DNA of 64,000 nt, taken from positions 1 to 64,000 of IMG/VR virus record IMGVR_UViG_3300028392_000029; one strand, written 5' to 3'. The notes below the pieces were generated by a model. That model searched no databases and was not told the origin of the DNA. It saw only the letters and a list, made by a program, of their open reading frames with translations. Made by a program: the position numbers and the translations under genes. Positions within the stretch are counted from its first letter, which is position 1; the number at the start of each line of letters is the position of its first letter. Below are positions 44,983 to 56,502 of the stretch, piece by piece.

Positions 44983-47900
44983 GCCTGTGCTTCACTCCAG
45001 CGCAACAACACGTTGGTATTAATGTTACCAGTACCCGACGCACGATACAAGTTAATACACAATACGTCTGGACCATTTGGATAGCAACCTCTGCCACCTA
45101 AGGTAGTATTAGTCAATTCTTTCAGTCCTGACAGATCTAAAACAGCTTCTGTACCAGGCGCCGCAATAAACGAGAATACAGTTTCACCTGGTTGCGCATA
45201 TGCCGGCAAACCAAAGGAGAACGTAATTGTTGTGTTGTTTGGTACACTAATCAACGCACTCTGTGTAAAGTTAATTCGATAATAGCTTGTGCCACCAAAC
45301 GAACTCAATACACTTACACTAGATATAGTTGTTCCAGATGGAAAGTATGTAGGAGTTACAACTAATGTACCAACACCAGCTCCATTGCTAGCAACTAGTG
45401 CTTCCCATGATGCTTGTGAGAAATACTGGAAGCTAGATGTTGCTGATACAATAGCAGGTGTTACAGCAAAGTACGGAGTTGCAGTAATAGCAATACCCGA
45501 CAATGTCGACTGCGTTGGCGCTACAGTCCAAGTTGTTCCACTACCGCTGACTATTTTTGCATCAGCTGTTAAACCTGAGCCAGTTAGAGCCATACCTGCT
45601 GAAAAAGTACCTGTAACAGTTCCACCAATAGTTAGTGTAGTTGTGCTAAAGCTACAGCTTGATGCCGTAGCATATGTAACAGCCACGCTTGAAGGTTTAC
45701 TCATTGTTAACGCATAATACGCTATGGCTGTAAATGTCACTTGAGTTCCGCTTGGAACATTTATTAGTAAAGGATTACTAAATGTTACAATATAATAACT
45801 TGTACTATTAAATGTTTGAATACTACTAATTGTACTAATTGTAGTACCAGCAGTTAGTTTGAACGGATCATTAGTGCTATTGCCTACAACAGGAGTACCA
45901 ATCGGTAATGAGTTCCACGATGCTTGTGTAAAATATAGTGTGCTAGTTGTGGCAGCGGCAGTACCACCCACTGACAATGTAATTGTAGATAAACTATTAT
46001 TGTTAACAACACGCGGAGTACCGGCTAATACTGTTCCAAAATTAGAAGCATTGACCTGTACCCCAGTTGTTGAACAACTTACCACGGTATAGGTACCATT
46101 GTAACCCGAAGCTACACCAGTTAATCCTGACACAGTAATACTATCACCATTACTATACGGAGCATAAGTCTGTGCGGCAAATGTAAATGTTGCTGTTGGG
46201 TTAGTGTAAACAATTCCAGTAATTGTTAAGTTTGACACTACTGGATTGTGTGCAGTATTAGTACCAGCACTAAATGCCACGTTATAATATGAATAACCAG
46301 CTGAGCTAAACGGTCCAGTAACACCAGTCACTGTTGTGTTAGCAGGGAAGTCTGTACTGTAGACATTGTTACCTACGCTTCCGCCTAGTGTTGTCCAACT
46401 AGTTTGTAATATAGCTATTGTAGTAGCACCACTTGCTGTTTTAAAAAATGCACTCGGCGGTATTGAAATGCTACCAATAAGTTGAGCCAGTGTTGTAGCA
46501 ATTGGTGATGGGTTTGCAATCACAGTACTAATTGTAGTACCTGCTGGAAACTTAGTTTCTGCAGAAGACAACGCATATCCAGCTTGAGCTCCTAAAGTGT
46601 CCCAGCTGGTTTTAGTTACATACACGTTAGATGAACCAATTGCTTGGTTAAACAACGCACTTGACGGCATTGCTGCCGTACCAGTTGGTGCTGAAATTAC
46701 TGTTGCTGTTGCTGTTGTAGTTGAACCACCACCTGCCCAGCTAACAGAACCGCCCGGTGCTACTTGTGTAAAGCTAGGTTGTCCACCGGCTGCCTGACTT
46801 GCTAGACCTGCCCATGTAATAGAGCCTGGATCTGTTGGATAGTTGGCAGGATTTAGTACACCCTGAACAATGATACCACCAGTACCCGAGTCTGATGTAA
46901 CTTGAATTTCTTGTAACAATAATTGCGCACGATTAATAAGTTCTCTGTCGCCCAAGTCGCCAATAATAGCGTTTGATACGCTAGGTGCTAGTCGAATTAA
47001 GAACGCTGTTGCTACTGTAGTTGAAACTTGAATACCAGTAGATGCATAGTTAAACAAATATCCTCGGTCATCATCAAAGCGTCCGTCTGTTAAGAAAGCT
47101 GAACCCCAATGACTAATGTTTGGACTAATAGTATTACTAACTAAAATAACTCCAGTATTAATTTCATGGACTGCGGCTGCGCCGGCAGTAAATGAACGAT
47201 TTGCACCACCTACATAGTTAAGCATTGGACTAGCACGTGAACAACCTGTTAAGTTGTTACCAGTCTTGCCAGTAAAACTGATTAGTTCGTTGTCAATGTA
47301 AACTTGTCCTGAATCATTTGGAAAATAAGTTCCATCGGTTAACGGTATTACTGTGGCAGTAGCAGTGATACTACTTGCTAGTTTGCTCACAGCACTTTCA
47401 TTAATAACTTCGTAACGCACAGGCATGTTACCAGTACGCATATAAGCCTCGGTGTTTACGTTTGAGTTACGAATACGATGTGCAAACACATAGTTACCGT
47501 CAGAACCGCGTAGCATAAAATCAATAAAACCAGCACCATACCATGACCATTGTAATCCGATCATCTGCATTTTGCCAATGTCTAAGTTATATCCGCTTGG
47601 GCCTGTACCATCTAAATGATCTAGGTTAAACTCGCTTTGTTTTACAATTACGTCTTGTACCAAACATGCTTTACTTGACACACAGGCAGTATTACCTCGA
47701 TAGTCAGGAGTCACTGTCATAGTTGTTTGAGTTGGTACACTGCTTACCACGTGCGTCATACCTTTGATAGTAATCCTATCTCCGGCTTTGACTTGATCTC
47801 TAAATCTTGTATTAACTCCCGTTAATGTATTACTGTTTGGACTAATACTAACAGTACCGGCTAGTTTAAGCGTACTTGATCTACGTACTACGCTAAGATA

Positions 47901-50900
47901 TTGTCCGTCATACTGCCAGAACATACCGTTTTGGTCGTCAAATGTTCCTGCACGTACTGTGGCACCATGCCACCTAATTACAGTCATCTGCGCACTAGTT
48001 GTGATAGTTGCATATATGTTAGTTAATACAGTAGTAGCTCTAACCACTAGCACACGTTCACTAATTACACTATCAACAATATAGGTGCCGTTATAGCCAG
48101 CTGTATCAACACCAACAATTCTAATGTATCCCCCTGGTTGGCAACCGTGATCAACATCGTCTGTAGTTAATGTTATAAATGATCCGACAGCAGTTCCGGT
48201 TGACGACATGCTTTGAATATCAAAACTTGGTGCAAATAACGCACCGGTAGTATACATAATACCCTTACCAGACTGATAACGAATATATTTCTTACTCATA
48301 CGAATTGCTTGCGCAGAGTGTTGCGGGCCGCCAGTACCTAAAATAACTCCACCGTCAAACGGTCTATGTTGGAAGAAACTATTTGGTCTAGCGTAAACTG
48401 TACCAATTAAAGCTGTGCCTGTATCAATAGTGCCGGCAGTTCTAGCAGTATAAATTATTGTTGTCGGTGTTGGAACTTGTTCAACAAAGAAAGGACCTTT
48501 GGCAAAAGAGTGATTTGTTCCTGTTGAGCTTATGTCGCACAACATACTCATGCCTGGCACAAGACCGTGATTTGAACTAAATGTGATTAATATTTTTGAA
48601 ATTGCCGCAGTAGTTATTGTAGTACTATCTGGTATGTTTGCTGTTACAAAATCAGTTAACGAAACTGTTGAGTAAAAAGCAATTGTAGATGCACTAACTG
48701 AGGTCCCGGAGAAAGTAAATCCGCCGATGGATCCACCAGTTACTGTTGTTATAACAATAGTTAAATCGTTAGCCGCAGTTGCACCTTCTAATGCAGTTCC
48801 TAATATTTTAATTCTATCGCCAACTTGGTAATTAGTACCTAATTGATTAGATACAACTGAATAAGATCCAGCTGACCTAGTAATGTCAAAAGTACCGCCG
48901 GTACCAACACCTACTGAGCTAGTACTTGATAACCCAGTATATGTTGCATCTGGATTTCGAGCAACTCCACTTGTTGTAAAACTGTTAATTGCTCCTTGAG
49001 CGTTTACACCTGTAACTGTAATCGTTAAATCGTTGCCAGGCGTTGTTCCGCCTAAACTAGTACCCAATACTGTAATCGTTTCGTTTAATACATAGCCAGT
49101 TCCAACGGCACTTATTAACACATTATATGCTGTGGCATTTGTAGTAACTGAAAATTTAGCATTTGTTCCTGACCCAGAAGTGCTAGATTGACCTACGTTT
49201 GTAAATGTAGCTTCGCCGCTAATACTAGTTCCAGTATAGCTTAATGTCGCTACTCCACCGCTGCCGTCAATAGTAGATACGGTTACTGTAATGTCGTTTG
49301 CTGGAGATGTTCCGCCTAATGCAGTACCAAGAATAACAATCTGTTTTCCAACAACATAACCAGTACCTGCAGTTGTTGCAGTTACAGATCCATATGCGCC
49401 GCTTGTTCGTACAACAGTGAATATTGCGCCAGAACCAACTCCAACAATATTAGTACCACCTACATTAGTATATGTTGCTGTTGATCCAATTCTAACAGTG
49501 GTCAATGGATTATTAACATAGACTGTTGTACCAATAACCGAGTTTACAAATGTAGCAGTACCTGTGCCGTTGTCTATGCCTAGGCCTTCAACAATACCGG
49601 TTGCATCAGTAACTACAAAACTAATATCATTTAAAACTGTAGTAGTAAGAACTGTAGCTGTGGCTATTAATCCACCTGTGCCAATAGTTCCCGACACTTG
49701 AGTACCAGACGGAATTCCAGTTCCAGAAATTGGTACACCTGCCGGCGGTGCAGTTCCTGTGTAGGCTATCTGTTGACTGCCCAACGGTGTAATAAATTTG
49801 CTGGTTAATGTGCCTACAGCACCGTTAGAGTTAACGCTAAAAATTGGAGTGCCAATTGATGCACCTGTATAAAAATTACCTTTGCGCAACTGTGTATAGT
49901 TGCTACTTAGTACATCTCCGTTATTTGTACCAACTTTACTAGTTGAATAATACGTAAATGTAGTTAAGGTAGGTGCAGAGAATACAATAAACGAGCCTTC
50001 AGCACGAGCGAAGCCTGCTACAGAATTAGCAAACGCTGAAATAGTAAATGGTGTTCCAACGGTTAATCCATGACTACTTTGAGTTGTAACAGTAATCAAG
50101 CTAGAACCAACACCAGCTGTACCAGATGAAGCATCTGTAACTACTGATACTACACTTATATCTGTTCCAGGCAATTCATAAATTGACGGATATCCACGTG
50201 CAATACCAATAGCCTGCCACTTAGTAGGCTGTAGTCCGTACTCAAAGTCAGCATCAAGCATTGACTGTGGTTGTGCCACACGTTGACGTTCAATGGCATC
50301 TGTACCAAAGTCATAAGGACGGGTACGCATTTCTTTATCTTCAACAAATATTTGTACATCGTCTGTAGTAGAACCTGTTGAAGTATCAATATCAAATGTA
50401 ATTGAAGTTACATAATCAGCCGTTTGTATAAACTGCGGAAAATCTAAATCTGGGAACGTACCATTACTATCGTATGTTCCAGCATATGAAACTCTCGCTG
50501 AATGTTGATTATCAGCAAAGTTATATAAAATTGTATTGCTTGTGGTATTTGTAATTAATAAAAGAGTATCAAGTTTTTGTTTACCTTGAACCTTAACTGT
50601 AGTAACACCGTTAACTAGTGTTGGTAATGCTGAAGTACCGTTTGTTATTACATTAGTTAATATTCCAGACAGTGTATTAATTCGTCCAACTGCACCTGCT
50701 TCGTATGTAATTCCTCCAATTCGAACAATTGGGACTGCTGATTGTTTTGGATTTGCATACGCGGCTTGTGGTAAGATATATGTGTTGATCAGCGTGGCAA
50801 TAAATTGATGCGTTAGTATTTCTGATCTACGATCACCGGTAATCTGAGGATAACCACTGCTCCAATATCTACTAGAAATTAAACTAATTTGATAGTTTCC

Positions 50901-51656
50901 GCCGTAGCGTAGATCATTCAAGTAGGCATTCAATACAAATCCAATATCACGTTGACATTTTGCACTGTCATAGATATAATTTGTAAATGCGTATGTTGGA
51001 TATACTATTGCTGGTAATGTACTTAATCCGCCGCTAATCACTCCGCTAATGTATGTTGACAGTCCAGTGACTTGAGTTTGCGCGGCTGTTTCTGCAACTG
51101 TTCCAGTTAAGTTTTGTGTGCTTGTTACAGGACTTTGTTGGCTAGTATATGCTACTTTCTTTAGAATATAATTGCTGATAATATTCCAAAGTTGAGTTTG
51201 TATTGCAAGCTCAACAGGTGAGTTAACAATTTGAATAACACCGCTTAGATAATACTGGCTGGCAACATAGCTAACATTTTCATTTCCGCCCCATTGCACA
51301 TCTTGAGTCAATGCTGTAACCAAGTAGCCAACATCTCGTTTGCATTTTGCAATTAACGTTGCAGTATAAGAATAATTGTAAAAGGTTGTACCAACACCTG
51401 CACTGGCTATCTGTGCAGTAGTCCAAGCTGAAATTTCATCTGCAATAAATGTAGCATTGTTTTTTAATAGTGCAACGGCATTTGGATATATGCTTTGCGC
51501 AGAATTTGCTGTTACTTGGCTGGCAATCCATGCTGTTGCTTCTTTGGTAATAAAGTTTAAATTACTGTTTATTAATGAGTACGCATTTGGATACGCATTA
51601 CTACTACTTGCAACTCCCGGTAAAAAAACATAATTCTGTATTCTTTTCTTAGCCAT
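44979..51656 (-). CDS. very large virion structural protein (baseplate/fibre-like)
   Basis: 2225 aa, Thr/Gly/Ser-rich; KCxRD repeats; three LGG/LEG..NDxT repeats. Confidence 0.75.
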   Translation of the reverse strand: MAKKRIQNYVFLPGVASSSNAYPNAYSLINSNLNFITKEATAWIASQVTANSAQSIYPNAVALLKNNATFIADEISAWTTAQIASAGVGTTFYNYSYTATLIAKCKRDVGYLVTALTQDVQWGGNENVSYVASQYYLSGVIQIVNSPVELAIQTQLWNIISNYILKKVAYTSQQSPVTSTQNLTGTVAETAAQTQVTGLSTYISGVISGGLSTLPAIVYPTYAFTNYIYDSAKCQRDIGFVLNAYLNDLRYGGNYQISLISSRYWSSGYPQITGDRRSEILTHQFIATLINTYILPQAAYANPKQSAVPIVRIGGITYEAGAVGRINTLSGILTNVITNGTSALPTLVNGVTTVKVQGKQKLDTLLLITNTTSNTILYNFADNQHSARVSYAGTYDSNGTFPDLDFPQFIQTADYVTSITFDIDTSTGSTTDDVQIFVEDKEMRTRPYDFGTDAIERQRVAQPQSMLDADFEYGLQPTKWQAIGIARGYPSIYELPGTDISVVSVVTDASSGTAGVGSSLITVTTQSSHGLTVGTPFTISAFANSVAGFARAEGSFIVFSAPTLTTFTYYSTSKVGTNNGDVLSSNYTQLRKGNFYTGASIGTPIFSVNSNGAVGTLTSKFITPLGSQQIAYTGTAPPAGVPISGTGIPSGTQVSGTIGTGGLIATATVLTTTVLNDISFVVTDATGIVEGLGIDNGTGTATFVNSVIGTTVYVNNPLTTVRIGSTATYTNVGGTNIVGVGSGAIFTVVRTSGAYGSVTATTAGTGYVVGKQIVILGTALGGTSPANDITVTVSTIDGSGGVATLSYTGTSISGEATFTNVGQSSTSGSGTNAKFSVTTNATAYNVLISAVGTGYVLNETITVLGTSLGGTTPGNDLTITVTGVNAQGAINSFTTSGVARNPDATYTGLSSTSSVGVGTGGTFDITRSAGSYSVVSNQLGTNYQVGDRIKILGTALEGATAANDLTIVITTVTGGSIGGFTFSGTSVSASTIAFYSTVSLTDFVTANIPDSTTITTAAISKILITFSSNHGLVPGMSMLCDISSTGTNHSFAKGPFFVEQVPTPTTIIYTARTAGTIDTGTALIGTVYARPNSFFQHRPFDGGVILGTGGPQHSAQAIRMSKKYIRYQSGKGIMYTTGALFAPSFDIQSMSSTGTAVGSFITLTTDDVDHGCQPGGYIRIVGVDTAGYNGTYIVDSVISERVLVVRATTVLTNIYATITTSAQMTVIRWHGATVRAGTFDDQNGMFWQYDGQYLSVVRRSSTLKLAGTVSISPNSNTLTGVNTRFRDQVKAGDRITIKGMTHVVSSVPTQTTMTVTPDYRGNTACVSSKACLVQDVIVKQSEFNLDHLDGTGPSGYNLDIGKMQMIGLQWSWYGAGFIDFMLRGSDGNYVFAHRIRNSNVNTEAYMRTGNMPVRYEVINESAVSKLASSITATATVIPLTDGTYFPNDSGQVYIDNELISFTGKTGNNLTGCSRASPMLNYVGGANRSFTAGAAAVHEINTGVILVSNTISPNISHWGSAFLTDGRFDDDRGYLFNYASTGIQVSTTVATAFLIRLAPSVSNAIIGDLGDRELINRAQLLLQEIQVTSDSGTGGIIVQGVLNPANYPTDPGSITWAGLASQAAGGQPSFTQVAPGGSVSWAGGGSTTTATATVISAPTGTAAMPSSALFNQAIGSSNVYVTKTSWDTLGAQAGYALSSAETKFPAGTTISTVIANPSPIATTLAQLIGSISIPPSAFFKTASGATTIAILQTSWTTLGGSVGNNVYSTDFPANTTVTGVTGPFSSAGYSYYNVAFSAGTNTAHNPVVSNLTITGIVYTNPTATFTFAAQTYAPYSNGDSITVSGLTGVASGYNGTYTVVSCSTTGVQVNASNFGTVLAGTPRVVNNNSLSTITLSVGGTAAATTSTLYFTQASWNSLPIGTPVVGNSTNDPFKLTAGTTISTISSIQTFNSTSYYIVTFSNPLLINVPSGTQVTFTAIAYYALTMSKPSSVAVTYATASSCSFSTTTLTIGGTVTGTFSAGMALTGSGLTADAKIVSGSGTTWTVAPTQSTLSGIAITATPYFAVTPAIVSATSSFQYFSQASWEALVASNGAGVGTLVVTPTYFPSGTTISSVSVLSSFGGTSYYRINFTQSALISVPNNTTITFSFGLPAYAQPGETVFSFIAAPGTEAVLDLSGLKELTNTTLGGRGCYPNGPDVLCINLYRASGTGNINTNVLLRWSEAQA

Positions 51657-51669
51657 TCACAATTCTCCG

Positions 51670-52188
51670 TTATGCACCTAGCGCAATTGCTAGCGCAGAT
51701 GCTTTACTATCTACGTATTGTTTGTTTGTTGCCTGGGTAGACAATGTAGGGGTTGGAACTGTTATTGTTCCGTTTGCTGTAATCGATGTTGCAATTATTG
51801 ATGTAAAATTACCAGCGGCTGGTGTTGTAACACCTATTGTCATGTTGTTGATATTTCCAACACCGTTAGAAGAAATTGAAACAGTAGTTCCTGAAAACGT
51901 TAAATTAGAGCCTGCACTTATTGCTACAACACCGGTTGCACTAATAGCCACTGTGCTTCCGCCCGATATCTGTGTATTGCCGCCAACTATTAGATTACTT
52001 AGTGTTCCTAATCTTGTTAAACTACTGCTTACAATACCACTACCTAAAGTAGAACTACTAAGAACCGTAGCTCCCGATATTAAAAAATTTGATAGGGTAT
52101 TAACGTTACCATTAGAGTCAACAGTAAATCCTGGACTTTCAAACCCAGCTTCTGATCTTAGATATTTTTGATTTACAATAAATGTCAT
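51670..52188 (-). CDS. virion structural protein
   Basis: ATNKQYVD motif and AIALG C-terminus typical of fibre-associated proteins. Confidence 0.65.
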   Translation of the reverse strand: MTFIVNQKYLRSEAGFESPGFTVDSNGNVNTLSNFLISGATVLSSSTLGSGIVSSSLTRLGTLSNLIVGGNTQISGGSTVAISATGVVAISAGSNLTFSGTTVSISSNGVGNINNMTIGVTTPAAGNFTSIIATSITANGTITVPTPTLSTQATNKQYVDSKASALAIALGA

Positions 52189-52238
52189 CTCTATTCCTGT
52201 TAGTATGTATTTACCCGAATTTTAAAGCACACGGTTTA

Positions 52239-53810
52239 TTACCTAGCCCCTGTTGTACGTCTAGGATAAGTCTGACCCGAAGCTGGTCTAAATCCATAGT
52301 TTAATTTAGGAAATGTAGATCCTGTATGAAAATATTTGTAAATTTGATCCACCTTTGGAGTACCCATACCAGTTACTGGATCCCATCCTGCTGTTGTTGT
52401 ATATCCAGTAGCGTAACCGTTACGGTTATCACCGCTGGTAATGTCATTAAATAATGCGCTGTTGGCATACCAAGTGGCCATATTAAACGGTATTCTAAAT
52501 CCTAGTAATCCAGATAATCTTGCCCATATGCCGGCAAGCAATGGAGCTGATGCGCTGGTACCGCCATATTGCACTAGACTATTGTTTACATAGAATTGAA
52601 AACCTGTGTTAGGATCGGCAGGGGCACTTATATCCGGAACTCCGCGACGCGGTAGTGCAGTTACAGCTCCAGTTGTAGTTGAAGTTTGTGTTCTAGTTGT
52701 TAGGCCGTTTTGCCAACTTGGGCGTGGAACTGTGCTACTAATTCCGCCGCCACTTCCACTCCAAGCAACTTCGCTAGTAATTTGATTACTGCCGTTAAGT
52801 ACTACAGTAGTTCCGCCTGCAGAAACCATGTATTGACTACAGCAAGTATACTGCATATTCAAATCATTTGCTCCGCTATCGCCACTACTGACAAAAACTG
52901 TTATACCCTTGGCAATACAGGCTTGTAGTGCAGTATCATATTGGGTGCCGTCGCCGATGCCCCAGCTGATATCTAGTACACAGGGGTTATTCACAGTATC
53001 AGTAGCAGTGGTATTGATATTATCTATAATATTTTGAGTGCCGCCGTTTGGTGCTGTATAGTAGGCTATTTTTGCTCGGGGTGCGGCTGCGCCGGCACAA
53101 TAGATGTCTAACATACTTTCTGCATCACTAGTGTTACTGGCTGTAGCACCATTAACATTTATTCTAGTAATTGAGGGAGCAGATAATCCAATTCGACTAA
53201 AAGTATTTGTTACATCACTGGCACTATAACCAGTAACATAGCCGCTGTAGGTCAATTCAAAAATACCAATGCACACTCCGTAGCCGTCACCTGTGGGAGA
53301 TTTGTAAGCTGTATTCATTTGAACTGGCGTCACAGCAATTGCCGGTGTCACTGCCATGGGGTCTATATTATGTTTAATTGCATGTTTAACTGCAATAAAA
53401 CTTTCATCAAATCCCGGAACTTGTTCAATCATACTTGCAATGTCTGTTGGTATCGTCGGAGTAACATCGGGCATCATAAAAGTTCTGCCGTCAGCTGTTA
53501 CATCTTGTAGCGTAATTTTAAATAGCCTGTTAAAAACTTCCACAGTTCCTTCGACTTTGACCACACTTTGTCCGTGGTGTGCTTCTGTTACTGTAAGATT
53601 ATTTGATCTAGCCCACGCTGTTACCCTATTTAGATTATCGTCTGTTGCACCAAATTGATAAACAAACTCACTGTGCCCTAAAATTGGTTCGCTCCCGGCA
53701 AGCACATTGTCAGCATACTGTTTTAAAGTCATTCCGTTTTCATGTGTATCTCTAATAAGATACAAACTAATCTTAATAACATCGGTAATATTTTTATTAA
53801 TTGAAGACAT
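52239..53810 (-). CDS. S53 (sedolisin/kumamolisin-like) serine protease with pro-domain
   Basis: ESMLD (Glu/Asp), SSGDSG, GGTSASAP, WDPVTGMGTP; N-terminal activation domain. Confidence 0.9.
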   Translation of the reverse strand: MSSINKNITDVIKISLYLIRDTHENGMTLKQYADNVLAGSEPILGHSEFVYQFGATDDNLNRVTAWARSNNLTVTEAHHGQSVVKVEGTVEVFNRLFKITLQDVTADGRTFMMPDVTPTIPTDIASMIEQVPGFDESFIAVKHAIKHNIDPMAVTPAIAVTPVQMNTAYKSPTGDGYGVCIGIFELTYSGYVTGYSASDVTNTFSRIGLSAPSITRINVNGATASNTSDAESMLDIYCAGAAAPRAKIAYYTAPNGGTQNIIDNINTTATDTVNNPCVLDISWGIGDGTQYDTALQACIAKGITVFVSSGDSGANDLNMQYTCCSQYMVSAGGTTVVLNGSNQITSEVAWSGSGGGISSTVPRPSWQNGLTTRTQTSTTTGAVTALPRRGVPDISAPADPNTGFQFYVNNSLVQYGGTSASAPLLAGIWARLSGLLGFRIPFNMATWYANSALFNDITSGDNRNGYATGYTTTAGWDPVTGMGTPKVDQIYKYFHTGSTFPKLNYGFRPASGQTYPRRTTGAR

Positions 53811-53811
53811 A

Positions 53812-54957
53812 TTAGACCTCTAGCTGAACAAATGTCAGTGTAACTGTTATTATAACACTACTAGAACCATTATTATAAATTCTTAACGGAATTGCAGTAG
53901 TTGGCGTTGGTGTTTCTGCACTATAACCAATGATCGCTGGGCTAAAATATTGTGTTGCACCTGTAGTGGTTATAGCTTCTGCAATTACGCCTGTGCCAGG
54001 TGTTGGATCTGTAGTAATACTTCGTCCAGCATCAGATGCCATAGTTGCCGCACTGTTGTAAATTGTCACCCATGCGGCACTTGATGTTTGTATGCTGTAT
54101 AATGCATAGCCTTTAAATCCAGTAATAGTATAAGTGCCACTAGTGCCTGCAGGTAATGTTATTGAATTAACTGACGCTGATGTTCGACTAACTAGGCCGT
54201 TACCTGACCCTCCGCTACTTGAAGCACTAATGACTCCACCAACAATAGTAATACTAGTACCGTCTACTTTGACACCACCTAATGTACTAGTTGTTGCCGC
54301 TGGTAGAGCATATTGTAATGCCCCAATAACGCCATTATTAATTGTAATAGTTGTTCCATCTATCTTGACACCGCCTAATACACTTGTGCTAGCTGTTGGT
54401 AGAGAGTATGAGTTAACTGTACTAATAACACCATTGCTAATAGTAATACTAGTACCGTCTACTTTAACACCGCCTAATTGTCCGCTTGAACTAATTCCTG
54501 CAATAGGTAATGAATACGAACTACTGTCAACAGTTATTGTAGCAACACCGCCTGACACTACAGCACGAGTTAATCCAGTTCCTGTAAAATTTAAAGTAGT
54601 TACAGCATTAGCAGATCCTTGAGTAACTCCTGTATTTTGTACAGTAACTCCTGATATACCTGCTTGCTGTTGAGTGCCTGAAACTGTACTAGTTAATACA
54701 CCAGTTCCGCTATTGTAACTAAACGTTATGCCAGTTGATGTGCCATTTGTTAGTAAGGCTGCGGCAACTGATTTTATATTACTAGAACTTGCACTAAGTA
54801 CATTGCTAGTGTTAATAATACTAGTACCGTCTGCGCTAAGTAGACTACCGGCAGAGCTGGCTTGAACACTCCAAGCTGATCCGTTATAGACCCATGTCGT
54901 ACCGCTATACGTGTATGTTTGATTTGTTATAGGACTTAACGGAAAACTAAAACTCAT
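53812..54957 (-). CDS. tail-fibre-like protein with LPxA...LGGVK repeats
   Basis: Three LGGVK[VI]DG repeats. Confidence 0.65.
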   Translation of the reverse strand: MSFSFPLSPITNQTYTYSGTTWVYNGSAWSVQASSAGSLLSADGTSIINTSNVLSASSSNIKSVAAALLTNGTSTGITFSYNSGTGVLTSTVSGTQQQAGISGVTVQNTGVTQGSANAVTTLNFTGTGLTRAVVSGGVATITVDSSSYSLPIAGISSSGQLGGVKVDGTSITISNGVISTVNSYSLPTASTSVLGGVKIDGTTITINNGVIGALQYALPAATTSTLGGVKVDGTSITIVGGVISASSSGGSGNGLVSRTSASVNSITLPAGTSGTYTITGFKGYALYSIQTSSAAWVTIYNSAATMASDAGRSITTDPTPGTGVIAEAITTTGATQYFSPAIIGYSAETPTPTTAIPLRIYNNGSSSVIITVTLTFVQLEV

Positions 54958-54972
54958 AAGATATCCTTAATA

Positions 54973-55476
54973 TTACCAAGTGCTTAAAGCCGCACGTTTC
55001 CATGTGTTTGTAGCGATACATACATAGACGTAAGTACTATCATAAGCAATTTGGCCTTGAATTCCTACACTGGTTGCAGTTGCCGGGGCAGAAATTAAGC
55101 CGCTACTGATAACACCATTGTTGATTGTTATTGTAGATCCGTCAACTTTGACACCTCCTAATACACCCAACGAACTAATACCCGCTTGCGGAAGAGTGTA
55201 GGTGTTGTTGGCTGTGATAACTCCACTGCCGTTTATAGTAATGCTAGTGCCGTCAATCTTCACTCCGCCTAATATACTGGTAGTAGCGGTGGGTAATGTA
55301 TAACTGTTGCCTGTTGGATTACTTGCATAGCTTAGACTATTCCAGGCACTGCTACCATTACCGTATTTTACTTTTAGTGTATCGGTTTCAAGACCTGGTT
55401 CACCACTAGCAAGTGTTGGGTTTACACTAGCCCAGTTTGCGGCTGTGTCTCTTCGTAATTTAATTTGTACTGACAT
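54973..55476 (-). CDS. fibre protein with Mtd-N/hyaluronidase-N-like head domain
   Basis: IKLRRDTAANW..NPTLASGEPGLETDT; LGGVK repeats. Confidence 0.7.
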   Translation of the reverse strand: MSVQIKLRRDTAANWASVNPTLASGEPGLETDTLKVKYGNGSSAWNSLSYASNPTGNSYTLPTATTSILGGVKIDGTSITINGSGVITANNTYTLPQAGISSLGVLGGVKVDGSTITINNGVISSGLISAPATATSVGIQGQIAYDSTYVYVCIATNTWKRAALSTW

Positions 55477-55491
55477 GTTTTCTCCTAATTT

Positions 55492-56502
55492 TTACCCGGC
55501 AGCTGATCCGCCATCTACACTACTTATAGATACAGAGTCTACAGGTTGTATCCATTGAGTACCGGTATATATAAACAATTGGCCAGTAATAGTACTAAGC
55601 CATAAATTTCCAGTCACTGGCGTTGATGGGGCTGTGTCACTTAAAACAGCACTACTTCCTCCGCCACTACTGCTTGTAATTGCTATGTTTGCAACACTAC
55701 CAGAAACAACAGTTGATACACCTGCTCCTGTAAAATTTAATGTAGTCACGGCGGCTGTTGAGCCAGCGGTTACACCTTCATCTTGTACAGTAACTCCAGT
55801 TATACCAGTTCCGCCAACACCACCACTTACAATGCTGGTCATAGTACCTGTACCAGCATTATATGTAAATGAAATTCCAGTTTGTGTTCCGCCAGTTAAC
55901 ATTGCGGCTGCGGCTGCTTTTATTGCGCTTGATACTGTGCTAATTTTTCCAGTAATGTCAACTGTGATTGTTGTACCATCGATAATTACTCCGCCTAAAG
56001 CTGTAGTAGTTGCTGGTGTTAAAACTGTTCCAGAACCTCCACTACCTGCTCCAGCTCCGCCGCCAACTACTGGGCTTGCAACAATTTGTGTTGGTATTGC
56101 TAACGGAAATATTGTTTCTGCGTAGGTAGCAGTAAAACTAACTTTTGCGCCTGCAAAGCCTGTATTTGGTGTTGCATATAAAATTAAATAACTGTCATTT
56201 ACAGTAGCTGATAAAGTGACAATTTGACTAGTGAGTGTAGTTCTTCCAAAGATTGTATACGCGGCACCTTCTGGGCGAGCAGTAACTAGTACATGCATAC
56301 TTTCTTTGTTATTACTATCTGCTTCTGCATGTAAAAAATACGTAGCACTGGCAAAATTTCCTACATACCAGCGATCAATCTCGATAGATGTTGAAACCGA
56401 TGGGAGCAATGTTCTATTTCCCTTGTAAGAGAAATTAGATCCGGGCAACAACGATAACGAATGTTGTGGGCCTTGTGAAAAATAAGTAGTTAGATTTAAC
56501 AT
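55492..56502 (-). CDS. virion structural protein
   Basis: Shares repeats with 53812-54957; GNLW motif. Confidence 0.65.
   Translation of the reverse strand: MLNLTTYFSQGPQHSLSLLPGSNFSYKGNRTLLPSVSTSIEIDRWYVGNFASATYFLHAEADSNNKESMHVLVTARPEGAAYTIFGRTTLTSQIVTLSATVNDSYLILYATPNTGFAGAKVSFTATYAETIFPLAIPTQIVASPVVGGGAGAGSGGSGTVLTPATTTALGGVIIDGTTITVDITGKISTVSSAIKAAAAAMLTGGTQTGISFTYNAGTGTMTSIVSGGVGGTGITGVTVQDEGVTAGSTAAVTTLNFTGAGVSTVVSGSVANIAITSSSGGGSSAVLSDTAPSTPVTGNLWLSTITGQLFIYTGTQWIQPVDSVSISSVDGGSAAG

Noticed and set aside
54973-55476. Diversity-generating retroelement suggested by the Mtd-like N-terminus
   Set aside because: No reverse transcriptase, no TR/VR pair with adenine-specific mismatches and no C-type-lectin domain seen in the window.
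45289-56428. Long plus-strand ORFs antisense to the virion genes
   Set aside because: Shadow frames of Thr/Gly/Ser-rich coding sequence, with no RBS or promoter support.
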